Source: Camelus dromedarius
Taxonomy: Eukaryota
Length of the DNA: 64,000 bases
NCBI RefSeq assembly: GCF_036321535.1
Contig: NC_087436.1
Span: 29,948,001 to 30,012,000 of the forward strand
Direction: 5' to 3'
In this document: in pieces, positions 1 through 13,502 of the stretch
Layout: every line of letters begins with the position of its first letter
How positions within the stretch are numbered: the first letter of the stretch is position 1
The notes under the pieces: model-generated
The model's input: the letters and a program-made list of their open reading frames with translations, nothing else
What the model was told of the DNA's origin: nothing
The model's database searches: none
Translations under genes and position numbers: made by a program

Positions 1-900
1 GAAATTCAACAAAACAAAAAGGCTGCCTACTGAATGGGAGAAGAACCTTGCAAATGATGTATCCAATAAGGGGTTAATATCCAAAGTATATAAAGAACTC
101 GTAAAAAATCAACATTAAAAAATATTAAAAAATGGACAGATTGAAAAAAAAATGAATAGAGGATCTGGATGGACATTTTCCCCAGGAAGCCAAAAGGCAC
201 ATGAAAAGATGCTCAACATTACTAATCATCAGGGAAATGCAATTCACAACCACGATGAGACAGAACTTCACATCTATCAGAATGGCTATTATCAAAAAGA
301 CAACAAATAACAAGTGTTTGCTAGGATGTGGATAAAAGGGAACCCCCCTACATTGCTGATGGAAATGTAAATTGGTACAGCAACTATGGAAAACAGTACA
401 GAAATTCCTCAAAAATTTAAAAATAGAACTACCGTATGATTCAGCAATTCCACTCCTGGATATTTATCTGAAAGAAAAGAAAAACACTAATTAGAAAAGA
501 TATGTGCACCCCTTGTTCATTGCAGTATTATATTTATAACAGCCAATTTATAATATGGAAGCAACTTAAGTGCCCATCAATAGATGGATAAAGAAAACAT
601 TTTATATATATTTATACATACATATCTATAACTCAGCCCTGAAAAAATAATGACATCTTGCCATTTGAAGCAACAGGTATGGACCTAGAGGGTATTACAT
701 TAAGTGAAGTAAATCAAAGACAAACACTGTATAATTTTGCTTATGTGTAGAATCTGAAAAGCAAAATCAATGAGCAAACATAACAAAACAGAAACACAGT
801 CACAGATACAGAGAACAAACAGGTGATTGCCAGAGGGGAGGCTGTAGGGAGAGAAAAGATACAGGTGAGAGAGATTAAGAGGTACAAAATTCCAGTTGCA
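1..900 (+). mobile_element. LINE-1 3' fragment (ORF2 C-terminus plus part of 3'UTR), laurasiatherian L1MA-derived type; runs off window start
   Basis: Typical L1 ORF2 end (gaatgggagaag...gggttaatatccaaagtatataaagaactc; cagcaattccactcctggatatttatc) followed by 3'UTR (gatacagagaacaaacaggtgattgccagagggg); frame disrupted. Confidence 0.92.
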
Positions 901-944
901 ACTACAACTCTATGTTATGTAGGTAATACAGGTGGATAAATTAT

Positions 945-1310
945 ACTCCAAAAGCAAAGAAACAAACTCACAGAAAAAGATAATTACCAGAAGCAGGGGT
1001 TGGGGGAGGGGGAATTGGATGCAGGTAGTCAAAAGGTATATCATTCCAATTTTAAGATAAATATGTACTAGGGATGTAATGTACAACATGGTAAATATAA
1101 CTAACACTGCTGTGTGTTATATATGGAAGTTAAGAGAGTAAATCACAAGAGTTTTTATCACAAAGAATATTTTTTCTGTTTCTTTAATTTTGTATCTATA
1201 TGAGATAATTCGTGTTCACTGAAATCATTTCATAACATATGTTAAGTCAAATCATTATGTTGTACACCTTAAACTTATACAGTGTTATATGTCAGTAAAA
1301 CTGGATGAAA
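945..1310 (+). mobile_element. Second LINE-1 3'UTR fragment of a different subfamily
   Basis: G-rich tract, tactagggatgtaatgtacaacatg and terminal gtacaccttaaacttatacagtgttatatgtc, typical of L1 3' ends. Confidence 0.85.
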
Positions 1311-1329
1311 GAGACAGTACTAGTATTAA

Positions 1330-3010
1330 TACAGAATTTTATAACTGTTCATTTGTATCTATCAAGATAGTTACTCTTTCCATTGCTCTTTGTTTAAATG
1401 AAATTGTGTGTTTTCTGAAATAATTATTTTTCTTCTACATGAAGAAATCCTTTTAGTAAATTTTAATGAAAATGTTTAATTATTTGTCTTATTTGAAAGT
1501 TTTTAAATTTTCTCTTCAATTTAGCTCTTTTAAACAATTTATAAATTTAAACTTCTTTTCTTTTGTTTAAAAATAAGACCTCAGTCTATTTGGGAGTCCT
1601 TTTAAGTCAGCATATCTTCATTTCTCCTCTGCTCTCCCTCACTCTGTCCTCCAATTTAGTTTAAAAACTTTGTCTTTGTTAATTTTTTTTAACAAATCAA
1701 AGGCATATTAAGGAACACCTCATGTTTTTTACCTTTATACTTTTTCTTTGGCTTTCACAGAACTTACTGGGTCTGTGAATGGATTTCTAATAAATTTTGG
1801 AAATTTCTTAGCCATCATTTGTTTATTACTTTTGCAACATTCTCTCACTTTTTTCTTTCCAGGCCACCAAATACACTTATCTTAGGCCTTTTTCCATTAG
1901 TGTCTACCATTTTTTAATTTTTACAATTCTGTTCTCTTTGTGCATTTCAATTTGGTAATTTTCTGTCAACATACTTTCTCATTCACCAGTACTGTCTTGT
2001 ATTGTTTGTCATCTCCTATTAAAACATGCTTATGAGACTTAATTACATATATATATAACTTATATATGTATACATATGAGATTTAACATATAACCTCTCT
2101 ATATATATACAAAATCATTCAGTCATATCATTACTATTTGAATAGATTTTTTAAAGTTGTAATCTTTTATTGAAATTCTTCATTCTTCAATTTTTTCTAG
2201 CTTTGTTTTTACTTTCTTGTACTAATATACAGAGATTTTTAAATCCTTCTTCAGATAATTCCAATATCTAGATTATCTGTGAGTCTGTTCTCAAAATTTT
2301 TCTTAATTATTGGATATACTGTCTTTTGCTGTTCATATAACTATTCTATCCATTGCCAGGCATGCATTTTCTAAAACGTAGTCACCTGGAGAGCTCATCA
2401 TGCCCTTTTCTTGGGTACAATAACAGATGGTCAACATAACCCAATCAGACAGGCTGTGCTGGATAAAAAAAACTGGATAAAAGCCCCTATTAAGGCTAAT
2501 TCTGCCTCCTTTTCGTCCTGGATCCGAGCATTTTCCACAATAAGCCTGGTGTATTCACTAGGACCCTAATAGCATTTTACTGTGACTCAGAATTTTTTTT
2601 CTCTGCTTCTCAGAAGCTTTTTCTATAGATTTTTCCTCCCACCCTATGTAGCCCCCATATACGTCCAACATTCTGAGGGGAAAATGATCATGTGCTTGAG
2701 ACACTCAGAGCTCCATCAAAAGCTCTGTATATACCTTTGTCCTTCTCAACAGCCCTCTGCCTATTTTGTACTTTGCTTTGCAGAGAATCATCAGCCACTT
2801 GACTGTGTTCAGACATGGCAAATACGCCTGGAAAGTAAAAGGTGCTCCAGAAAGTCAACTTCTCTCTCTGAGTTTCTTCCTTCTTCCGAATCTTAGCCAC
2901 ATCAGATCATGTTAAGCAGTTCTCTGCTGTATTTGAATAGATGATTCCTCTATGTTATCTGGCTTTTCTGGTTTTTCCAAGTAGGAGCATTCATCTGTGG
3001 CCAGATATTT
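1330..3010 (-). mobile_element. Old L1M/HAL1-like ORF1 and 5' region, highly decayed
   Basis: T-rich antisense LINE signature (ttttggaaatttcttagccatcatt; gataattccaatatctagattatctgtgagtctg). Confidence 0.6.
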
Positions 3011-3182
3011 CACTCCACCAAGAAGCAAAATATATGTGATATTTTTTGTTAAGTACAACTATGTGACAGACTCTAATCAGTGAAGGGTAGTTGCTGTCCC
3101 ACTATTTGCTACTAGTTTGAGGCATTACCTTCATTATCCAGCTTTTGATTGAAGGCAAAAGCTCAGACTAGTAAAGAAAGGG

Positions 3183-3228
3183 TTTTTTTGTTTGTTTTGT
3201 TTTTGTTTTTGTTTTTGTTTTTGTTTTG
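3183..3228. repeat. (TTTTTG)n microsatellite
   Basis: Seen directly. Confidence 0.9.
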
Positions 3229-3399
3229 GCTGTAAGTATCTCAGACACAGGAATGTATTTTCAAATGTGATCATTAGAATGATTTTTCACCAGATACTGG
3301 AAATTTAATTTGGAATTGAGGATTTCTAAATAGGACAATTTTAATATAACTGTAACATATGGCTGATATGGAAAAATGTAATAATAATGAAGATACTGG

Positions 3400-3625
3400 T
3401 GATGATTATATTAATGATAACTTACTGATATCTAGAATGTTCTAGGCACCGTACATATGCTTATTTTTGGATTATTTTACTTAGTTTTCATGTCATTCCT
3501 TTAATACACATGTCATTATTACTTTCAAATGTTAAGACCAATATTATTATAATCAATTTATTTCCCATAAGTTATGGAATAATTAAATAGCTTCTTTCAG
3601 CTAGCACCCAGGCAGTCTAATTCTG
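3400..3625 (-). mobile_element. MIR SINE, decayed
   Basis: cttactgatatctagaatgttctaggcac...acccaggcagtctaattc resembles antisense MIR. Confidence 0.5.
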
Positions 3626-6600
3626 TGCATTTTTGACAGACTGTAGAAAAATAAGTTCAGAATTAGTTTCTAACCAAGGAAAGGGTCCTTGTTTTCTGTT
3701 ACTCATCTTTATTTCTTGAAGTCTTTAATAAAATGCCTGAGTTTAGCAGCCTTATTTATTCAAAAGCTCCAGTTGTATGTTCTTGAGTAGAAGCTAGATT
3801 AGAGAAAATAGTAAATAAATGAAGTGACATTTGCCCTCAGAGAAGAGAGTGCACGTTCTGAGAAAGGAGTTTGGAGGAAGGAGTCAAATTCATTTAACTA
3901 AAGGTTTGCAAATATTTTGAATACTATTCAAAATGTAACTATCATTCTTACTAGATGATTACCAAAATACAAAGATGTTAAATCTGGGGATTTACAAATC
4001 TGGAAAACTCCAGAGTACTCTAACTCTATACTAAACAATGGATATAAACCATTTCCACTTTTGATTCATGACAGTCAATATTTTGTTCTTTCGTGTAGAG
4101 GTACCATAAAGCATGTTATAGATGGCAAATCTATCGGTATAGAAACTTCAAAAGTTTACACAGTGTAAGGAACATTTTGTATGTATTTATTTGTCAGGCC
4201 AAGTTTCTTACATTACATTTTTAACAATTATTTGAAATTTGCTGCTGTATGTTTTCAAAAATTGTTTGATAACTTCTTACATAAAAAAGGAATTAACTGG
4301 CAACTGTTTCTGTCTTTTTTCAGAAATTACTTATATTCTTATATTTTTTAAAGAAACCACTTTCCATGTAAGAATCATTTTTATTTTATTATTCCTGAAA
4401 ATTAGATTATCTTAAATAGCAAATTTAAGCAAATTTTTAAAAGGCATCTGAAAGTCTCATCTCAGAATGTTTAATAAGACAAAATAATAATAAAACAAAT
4501 TTGAAAAATAATGCAGAATTATATAAACATGGAGAACTCCCTTATTTTTTATGAAATCAGAAGTTTCTATTACTTTATTATTCACAAAAGATGTGAATGA
4601 ATGCAGAGATTTTGCACATCTCTTCTCTGACAGAGGTCAGGTCTACATTTCAGCCCCAGGACCAGATCCCATTGAGAATGAAATGTGAGCACAGAATGCT
4701 CATTCTTGCCTTATCTTGGATAACAGCTTTGCAGTTTTTCTGGGACTTCGAATATTCTAAAGGATTATACTGAAGATGAGATTTTCTCAGGTGGGCATTT
4801 GTTCTGTTTTCATCAGACACACTGATACACAAACCAGAGAAAGTTTAAAAGTATTGGTTTCTCTTATCAGCTAGCATCTCTATTTAAGACTTACAGTAAT
4901 GATTTGCAGAAATTTTCATCTGATAGAAGTTTTCCATTTTTTCTGTAGTAAGCTACTGCAGTTCTCTAGTGCTAGTTAAACTCAGTTTAATGGATTATGA
5001 AATAAAATACAATCATTTCTGGGAAAAGTATGTTTCTTTTTCTTCAAAATAAGCGGTTCTGCTGGTAATCTTTGCTAGTTCTCAGCAGCAATAACAGCCT
5101 TAGAGGGAATGTTTCATCCCAAAGAGCAAAACTTAACTCAATATTAACCAAAAAAAGGTACAAAAGACCCCAGAAAAGGCTATTATACTGCAATATTGAT
5201 AGTGGGAAAGCACATAATTGGCTCCCTTGAAAGCTTATCAGACCACATATATTAGCTCACATAAAATTGTCTGATTAGGTCAAGATCCAGGAAAGAAAAC
5301 ATTTCCTCAAAGGCATTTTTGTAGTTGAAGTCAGTAAAATAATAATCTTTACTATTATTAACTTTGTAACTCATGATCCCTATGATAAGGGAGTGTTTCC
5401 CCATAAAAGTAAGGCAAAAGTGTATTTAAGCATTTCCCAAATTTTTGTCTTTTAAAAAGTAGTTGATTTGTTTGTTTTATATTATTATTTTTTTCTGATA
5501 ATCAGCTATGCAGTTTTTATTGCATATTTCTTTTACAAGAATGTGGGTAAAATCCGAGTTTCAAAATATTCAAGACATATACAAATGTAGCACAAAAATT
5601 AATTTATTAAAAATACTCTTTTAGTGGCTCATATGAAAGTAAACAAATGTTTCTTATGTAATAAATACCACTGCATAGAGAATTAGTTTTGAAATATCAG
5701 GTAAAATTTTTTTTGCTTTTAATTTTTTTATCTATTAGGTGAATTTTGAATTGTGTGGCACACCCATTTACCTCTCAGCCTAGCAGCAGCCTGTAAATCT
5801 CTTTCTGTGCTTATTAGCTGTGCATGTAGAAACATCATTTCTGGGCAGGTGGCTCTAAGAATATTAAATCTGATATATCATAGGTGTACTTAACCTATTG
5901 GAAATGTTCTTATATGGAAAGAACATGATGAATATGCCATTTTCATTTAAAAGGGAAAAAAGTATGCTCATTGTTTTAAAGTTTATATGTATATATAAAT
6001 GCATATATATCATAAATACTTACAGGTAAACTTTTTTTATGTAAAGTAAAAAAAGCATATTATTTAAGTAACTAATGTATTTTAATATCATTAAATACTT
6101 ATTTTTTATCAATAATATAGATTTTCCCCCAGGACTCATTGCACAAGTATTGCCCAAGAACACGTTTATTTCTCACAGGATTTGCAGTTTTATGAATACT
6201 CAGAGAGTTGACAAAAACAAAGTTTCCTATGTGCTTGCAAGAGACAAGAATAAAAACAAGAAAAAAAAGAGAAATTATTGGCATTTAAAAGGATCAAAAA
6301 GTGAGATTTTCTTAATTACTAAACAGAACTTATATTCAACACATACATAATGTTATTTGTGCTAACTTCAGCGTATTGGTGTATGTTACCTTTCCTTCAG
6401 TAATGAGATTCTAAAAGGTCTTAAAATAATAATGTTAATTTTTCCTTAAAGATAATATATTATATAGTGTTACAAAAAGAAAAAAGAATATTGTATATCA
6501 TGAATATTTCTTATATGAAGATAACAGTGTAAGTTAAAATGGCTCTTTACTCAGTACTTACTGCGTACTTTTAGCCACTGCATATTATCAGGAAGTAACG

Positions 6601-7734
6601 TGGAGGTGAATATATGGAAGTATTATAAACAAAATTTGCTCATTCCTGGGAAATACTATACTTTACAACTAGATTAAGTAGGTGAATAATATCTTTATAA
6701 GCTAGGCTATACTTTAAGAAAATAGTTTTATATAGTATTACTTATCTGCCCACAAGGAGTTTCAGACTTTCAGAAAATAATATACTTTTAATGTGTTCAC
6801 TTGAATTATTTTCTTCAGTATACAATTATAATATCATAGTCAATAACGTCATAATCTAAACTTGTAATGATCATTAATATATTTGTATTTATTTTAATTA
6901 AACTTTATTTTGAAGTCCAGAATTTGTTGTCAGAGTTTTGAAATATCCACAAAGGAGATAGTACATTTTTATTAAAATATAGCTTGCTATTCTTCTATAC
7001 TTAAAATATTTAAGTTGAAATGTCACTAAATGAAAATACAATTCTTCAAGATGGTTACATTAAAATTACAATTCTGTGGAAAATCTATTTTGCACCACTC
7101 CATCAAATAAGAAAAATACTTGCCATATGCCTGCAACTTTTGATAATATGAAAAAATAAATTACGGAATTGAGGGCAGTGACCTTAGAACTTCACTGACC
7201 GTCTCATAGAACAGAAAGTATAAAGAGCATGTTTCTCTGCAGCACATAAATGTGTGGAGAAGAGAGTATTTCTAAGGTCCTGTGTGTGTTTTTAAAATAG
7301 AATTTTGCTCTCCACAAGAAATATTTATTGATACAAATTGTTTTAAATAGTTTCTTCCTAACTGTTCATAACAAAATTGCCCATATTATCTTATTTCAAA
7401 GATTTTATTTCTAGATTTGGTTATGGTTACACAAATATTCTTTACAATTGTAGAAAATAGCGTATGATGAGATGTAAAGTATGGCAAAGAAAAAAAATTT
7501 GTACTGACATATTTGAAGTATTGAAATGATACATTTTATAGGGGATGTAATCACGTGTTTTCATGTGTATGTGTTTCTGAATATCCCACATGAGGTCTCG
7601 GTTACAAATAATAAACAACAGCTCAGCTTTTTAGACTCTCTAATCTGTTTAGTGTCACTTAGATTAATCACTATGTATATATTAAGGCTTTAAACAGAAA
7701 TTCTAAGACTAAAAGTAAAAGATATCTCATGATT

Positions 7735-8165
7735 TGTTCCCTACTTACAAGGCTCAGGCCCGAAGACAAAGCTTTATTTATAAACTTATTTTCCCTCCAC
7801 AGTGGAGAAAATAGTAAGGTCTGCGGAATATATATTTTTGGATCTGCTTTTGGACGTCTGGTATACAGCTAAGATCCTGTAGCTCTTCCCTGGGAGTGAA
7901 ATCCAAGGGTAAGGCCCAGTTTCACCAGCATCAAAGGAGTAAAACAACCCCATCATAGTCTCCTCAGCTCTCCAGATTAGTATAGGGGTTTTACGCTTGT
8001 ATGCTACTTTAAGATTCACATTTGAAGCATTGAATGTTGGCCACATCCTTGTAAAGGTTATCAGCAAGGAGATAATTCCAACACAAACAATCAGTGTGAA
8101 AATACTGTGTTCCTTTACATCTTTGGACCTCTTTAATATGCCCCCAAATTTGCTACTCTACACAT
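7735..8165 (-). mobile_element. Possible ancient solo LTR, family unknown
   Basis: Minus strand begins TGTAG and ends AATAAAAGCTTTGTC...GGGAACA; GC above flanks; no TSD seen. Confidence 0.3.
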
Positions 8166-8339
8166 GTAACTGGTACTACAATTTTCTGACATAAGATCAC
8201 TGATACCTGTATGATATTGCAAATTGGTCATTGATTTAGTTTGGGGCGAGATGATTGAAATTTCTTTTGTTAGGAGCTCAAAGAAAAGCATTAACAAAGA
8301 GCTGGACCTTTAGGTTACGATGCCAGTAGAATGTAAATA

Positions 8340-8565
8340 ATAATAGCAACATTAATTGACAGCTCCCTATACTAAGTATATCACGAATTCTGAGTCATTT
8401 AATCACCTCCCAAAATTCCATAATGAAATAAGCACTATATTATCTCCATTTTAGATTAATGAAATCAAGGCTCATAAAATGTATAAGTTTCTAATAACCA
8501 CATATCTAATAAAACAAGAAGTCAGGATTCAAACTCAGAAAGTCTGAATTGGCAGCTCACACTTT
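8340..8565 (-). mobile_element. MIR SINE
   Basis: tatctccattttagattaatgaaatcaaggctc and caggattcaaactcagaaagtctga match antisense MIR core and B box. Confidence 0.8.
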
Positions 8566-8840
8566 TGAGTAATGGCAAATAATTAAAGATAACAAAACAA
8601 GACTAAGTAACACCAGTGATCTGATAAAACTAATTATTTTACAGATTATAATAATTTGTAACATTTTTATTCTGTGTGAAAATTATGCATTTGTGTCTGA
8701 CAAACAATTTCATGTCATATAATTATGGGTAGTTTCGCTTTGTATACCCAAGTTGTTTAAAATGTATTCAAGAGAAAAGGTTTTATTCTGTTCCCAATGG
8801 AAAACTCAGGCAGGCCTCATGACTTTTCAGGTTACTTTTA

Positions 8841-9783
8841 TGTAAATAATAGTCTATATTTGCTTTAAGTCATTAAATGTTCTTTAATTCGATCATTAGA
8901 TGCAATGATCTCCAATGCAACAGTGTCAGACTGTCTCCTATGGTCGTGCAAGGGATGTGGTCTGCCCTTCCTTTCCACCTGTTCTCCTCTGTTCCCTTGC
9001 CACGTGTGGTTTCTGACCACATTGGAGAATTCAGAGAAGCTTGAAAAGTACTTTTAGCAAGCATTATTTCTACATCCTCTTGCAGTGTATAGGTCCAGAA
9101 GTGTCTACATCACTCCCTACTCAGTGTGGTTTACTGGCTTTTCAGGAACTATCCACTACTGAAGACCGTTTAGTTGCACTTCACTTGAATGGGTGATGCA
9201 TTCAGTTCTGGTTCACGATTCCCTTTTATTTTCTTGCCCTGGCTCACTGCATAGACACTTTTCCTGTTGGAGTCTGCAGTTCCCTCAGGCTGTCTGTCTT
9301 TCCATCTGACTCCTGTTAAGTGCTGAGAGGAAGTACTTCCTGGCTGCCCTTTGCTCAAATTCAGTCAAGAAACTGCAGCAGCTTTTTTTTCTTTTATTCC
9401 TGCCTCCACAGCCACTAGCAGTTGGTCTCTTGTTTTGTCTATGTCCTAGGTTGGAGTCAGGCACCTGTCCACTGTGACCCTCGAGCGTGACTTTTTGAAT
9501 GGTCTATTGATACTATTCTCATTTGGCTGGAAGTGAGGCGAAGGCACTCCCAGCCCCTCCCACTTGATGGGGTTTATGGAATATCAGCAGCTCTCTCCAA
9601 AGCAATCTTTCTCAATGAACCTCTGCCCGCCTCACAACTTCAGCCTATTTATGTCCCCCCATGTGGCTGTGGCTTTCAGGAATCATGATCCCAGTCTTTG
9701 TCTATTTATTGTACTTGAAACTGTTTGTGTGGTGGACTCTCTGGAAACTGGGATGTCTTCATACCTCAACCAAAGCTGTGACA
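8841..9783 (-). mobile_element. Probable ancient solo LTR (Gypsy-like or ERVL-like, family uncertain)
   Basis: About 940 bp of raised GC bounded by TG...CA (minus strand TGTCACAG...TTATTTACA) with ATTAAA near the 3' end; no TSD. Confidence 0.45.
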
Positions 9784-10029
9784 GAAAGAACCCCATTTAA
9801 ACATCTGTTTTTCATTTGGGTTGGTTGGTAATTACTACGTACGGTAGTAGTCTTTTTTTTTTTCTTGCTCAGCAACAACAGTAACAAAAGAAAAGAAAAG
9901 AAATTGTCACATAAAAATACACATTCTTAGATAAAAAGGCATCTTCACGTGGACCGACAGAGGTCTAATCATTTTATCAAGACCTGAAGGCAAAATAAAT
10001 CAAGATTTGGTAAGTACTACTTCCTTGTT

Positions 10030-10395
10030 GCTGGAGTAAGGCGCAAGGGAAGAAGGTGTTAAGGGAATACATTGAAAAAGTATGTATGGATGAGAAAAGA
10101 TATACATGGGATATCATCCTGAGATCTATGAAGAAGCATAGAATTTTAAAGGTAGAGTGTTGCATGCTTTTAGCTACATTGTTTAAAATATCTGAGAGCA
10201 TAATGGATAATATTGCAAGAGGAAAGACTGAAAGCAGGGGAAAATGTGAGGCAGGAAGCAGGATATCCTAACTGAAAAATAATGGAAGACTGAATTTCAG
10301 TGTCCGTAGATGGTTGGAAGAGAAAAGGGATCTTAAAAAATACTAAGAAAGTTGATATTATAGGGTTTTTTGAATCAAATTGGATGTGTTTGGTG
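10030..10395 (-). mobile_element. L2 LINE fragment
   Basis: Purine-rich antisense L2 pattern (atcctgagatctatgaagaagcatagaattttaaaggtagag). Confidence 0.6.
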
Positions 10396-10550
10396 TTAGA
10401 TAAACATTATGTAATAATTTGGTTAATATGTATATTCTTTTCATGAGCTACAGAAAGCTACTCTTTTCCCTTTTCATTTTTCTTCTAAGAAGAAAAAATT
10501 TTATGTTGTAACGAAAGTAGTTTATTCTCATGCATCCCTTCAATAGATAT

Positions 10551-10994
10551 TGTATCAGATGCTGGGGATCCTCCCCCTGCCCCGACCCCCACCACATCTC
10601 TTCAGCCTACCTAAGTTCACCTGCAGCAGCTGTAAGCTCCTTATTAGTCTTCTCTGCATGAGGGCTTTGTCCCCAGTGAAGCTTGACCCACCTCGATGCA
10701 GTAATATCCTGCACAGGTAGAGTAGGATGTTGGGCGAGAGTGGGAAGTTAATGCCATTCAGGGCCCCAGGTGAGGTGATATAATGCTTGTTTTCAGAAAC
10801 ATCTCAGCAGGATTGAGATACATCAACCCATAGCAATAACTCCCTCATCAATACATCCTTTATCAGCTTTTCCCTAGTCTCATCTCACTTCTCTAATTCT
10901 TCCCTTATGCCTCCTGGAATCATCAACCAACAAAATTACCTGCGCCCAAGACCTTTCCTTAGGACTTATTGGGAAGAAATTCCACAAGAAGACC
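10551..10994 (+). mobile_element. LTR16-family (ERVL) solo LTR
   Basis: Starts TGT; gggaagttaatgcc; ends ctcctggaatcatcaaccaacaaaattacctgcgcccaagacc...agaagac like the LTR16 3' end. Confidence 0.8.
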
Positions 10995-11989
10995 AATAGT
11001 ATCTGTCATTGATCTTGTTATAAGTTCCTTGAAAGGTATGAAAATAGGTAATATATAAACATTATTACCACTGTAAAATACATGATTAAATTCACAGTAC
11101 TCTAGAAAAATGATTTGATTTAGATTTGAAAATAAGTTGATTCAGTGAATTGCCACAGTGTAATACACTTACCTTTTAAGATTATTTTTCACCATATGTG
11201 GAATTGCTTCTCATGTTTGCCGTTTCATATTAACTATAATCACATTTTCACAATGTCCTTGTTTTAGAAAAATTTGGATTAATACTATGAAACAAATAAA
11301 GACATTTGTTAACTCGAAAACTGAGAAATTATAAAACATAGCTAGCTATCTGGAATATTCCTTATCTAGGCACTTAGTGATATAAATATTAACTTTAATA
11401 ACATTGTTAGTATTGCATTTTCGTTTGATTTAATCTGCTGTTAGTATGGCTCATAAATTGATTTACCTCACATAAAACATTATATTGAGATATATATTTG
11501 TACTTTAAAATGACACAAAATATATAGTCAGAGTATAACCAAGAATATCAATTTTTAATGATAATTGATAGAATTATAATATGACATGTTTATTTCTGAA
11601 ACCTATCAAAATTTTTTGAAGCAAGAGACTTTCATAATCAGTTCAAAGTTTCATTCAAATTTATTTCCATAGTTGTTATTGAGAGAGAGCCCACCAGCAG
11701 CCAGGATGGCAGAGAAAACTGTTTCCCTAAATGTCTCTCAGTGTGCCCACGTGTATGTCAGTTTTGGACTGTGAAAAGGACCTTGCAATTCATCTTATTC
11801 TCTGCTTATATGCACAGTAAGAATTCACTTCTAGTTCCAGAATGTATTTCCATTGACTTTCATAGGTTTTTTTATGTTGCTTTGTTTTGCTTTTTTCTTT
11901 ATTTTTTGAATAAGAATTTCTTTCTCTGTCTTTTCATCTTTTTACTTGTATGAGGAATTGTTGAGACAAATGATTCTTTTCCCATTACA

Positions 11990-12480
11990 AATAAAATAAA
12001 TGGGCCAGTTTGCTGGGTTAATATAAAATCAATTATTATTTATGTCAACTTTGTTACCAAGTAACTGCTTTGCTGTGTAAATGATTTACAAACTTGTCAA
12101 TGAAAGAGAACAATTCAGTAAATCAGTTATCAAGATTAAATTGATCAAATCCTTTTGTTTAAACGGCTGATTTTAGAAAATTTTCTGATTAAAACAATCT
12201 TTGCTCTCCTTAATTATACGGCCCTAGAATGTCGGCGTTTTAAAGCTTCATTTGCATAAACTTAACCATGGTTGCCTATCAAATATTTTCTAAAAGCTTC
12301 TCAATAATATTGCTTTTTACTTCCTTCTCTATGGGGATGCTGCAGAAGCATAATGTAGCCAATAGGAAATTATTTTTCAGCCAAACCACATTCCAACCTA
12401 ATTATGCCCACCTGGTACATGGAACTGCTACACATGTGCTAAGCGTGGTGAAATGAATATGCTGTCTTTTTTAATGCAAT
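11990..12480. promoter_or_regulatory. Candidate conserved non-coding element / enhancer
   Basis: Repeat-free, several retained CpGs; octamer ATTTGCAT 12250-12257, SOX AACAAT 12109 and 12193, TGATTTAC 12082, TAATTA 12211, CCAAT 12359. Confidence 0.4.
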
Positions 12481-13502
12481 CAACAGTGATATGGAAATGT
12501 GATTTTTTGCTTGCTGCTAAGTTTTATTAAATGCAATGGAAAAAAAAAACAAGTTTTCAAGGATCATAAATAAGTTAAAAACACAAAATATGGCAAAATT
12601 CTTCATAAAATCCACTAGGCATTCCAAATTAAGAAAGACACATCTTTGATATATGGAAAGAGACAAAGTGCTAACTTGTCTCAAAAGGAAGTTTACAATT
12701 TTCTAGCAGGATATATGGTGACCTATTCAAGAAAACATATATATATGTATGTATATATAGAAAAAGCTGCTTGCTTCAAATGTTATTCATCCGATGAATA
12801 AAGAGCCCAGTACTTTCATCAGAATGCTGAATGTCAATTCTACTTTTTTGCCTTGGACATTATTTCACCTGAAAGCTGTTCAGCAGCACATAGACATCTG
12901 TGTTGTCCTGCCGACTGAGAGTCCAAGTGGTCTGGCAGACATTCAAAATGATGAGCAATAGAAAACCTCATTTGGAAAAGAGAAACATTCATGGAGATTT
13001 GAGTTCAGTGACTGTCCTTTGTGTCTCTACTGCAGGGGAGAAAGGTCTCATTTTCAAACATAATAAGGACACATCTTAAGAGAAAATATTGATAATTTTG
13101 ATTCACTTGCTAATGAGTGCCATCTCTCTTGTTCTCTCTTAAATATCTGATGTCTAAAGAGCTCTACAGTATGGCCACTATATTGCTTTGGAATATTTCC
13201 CCATTATCACCCATATATTTTACATCATTAAATTAATTTATTTTGTTATTTACTCAACATTTTAAAAATCTATCTTGAAAAGTCTGAGCATTTCAACATT
13301 GTTCAAGTTTTCTAGTCACAGAATTTTCCCCAAAGTCTGCCAGACTTGCCCATTTAGGTTCTGATTACAGTCTGCAATTATGACCCAACTCTGAAAGTCT
13401 TAGATTTCACTATGTGATATTCATTGATTCAATCATTATCTACTATTTTATGATTTCTTCCAGTGCATATTCTCTAAGAGTGTAGTTTCTATAATGGTTT
13501 CC

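Noticed and set aside
125..412. 95-aa hydrophobic ORF
   Set aside because: Antisense of L1 ORF2, a common spurious ORF; the same applies to 17925-18146 and, for 3'UTRs, 910-1107 and 62778-63026
7786..8067. 93-aa minus-strand ORF as a coding exon
   Set aside because: No recognisable homology or convincing splice sites; it lies in an LTR-like segment
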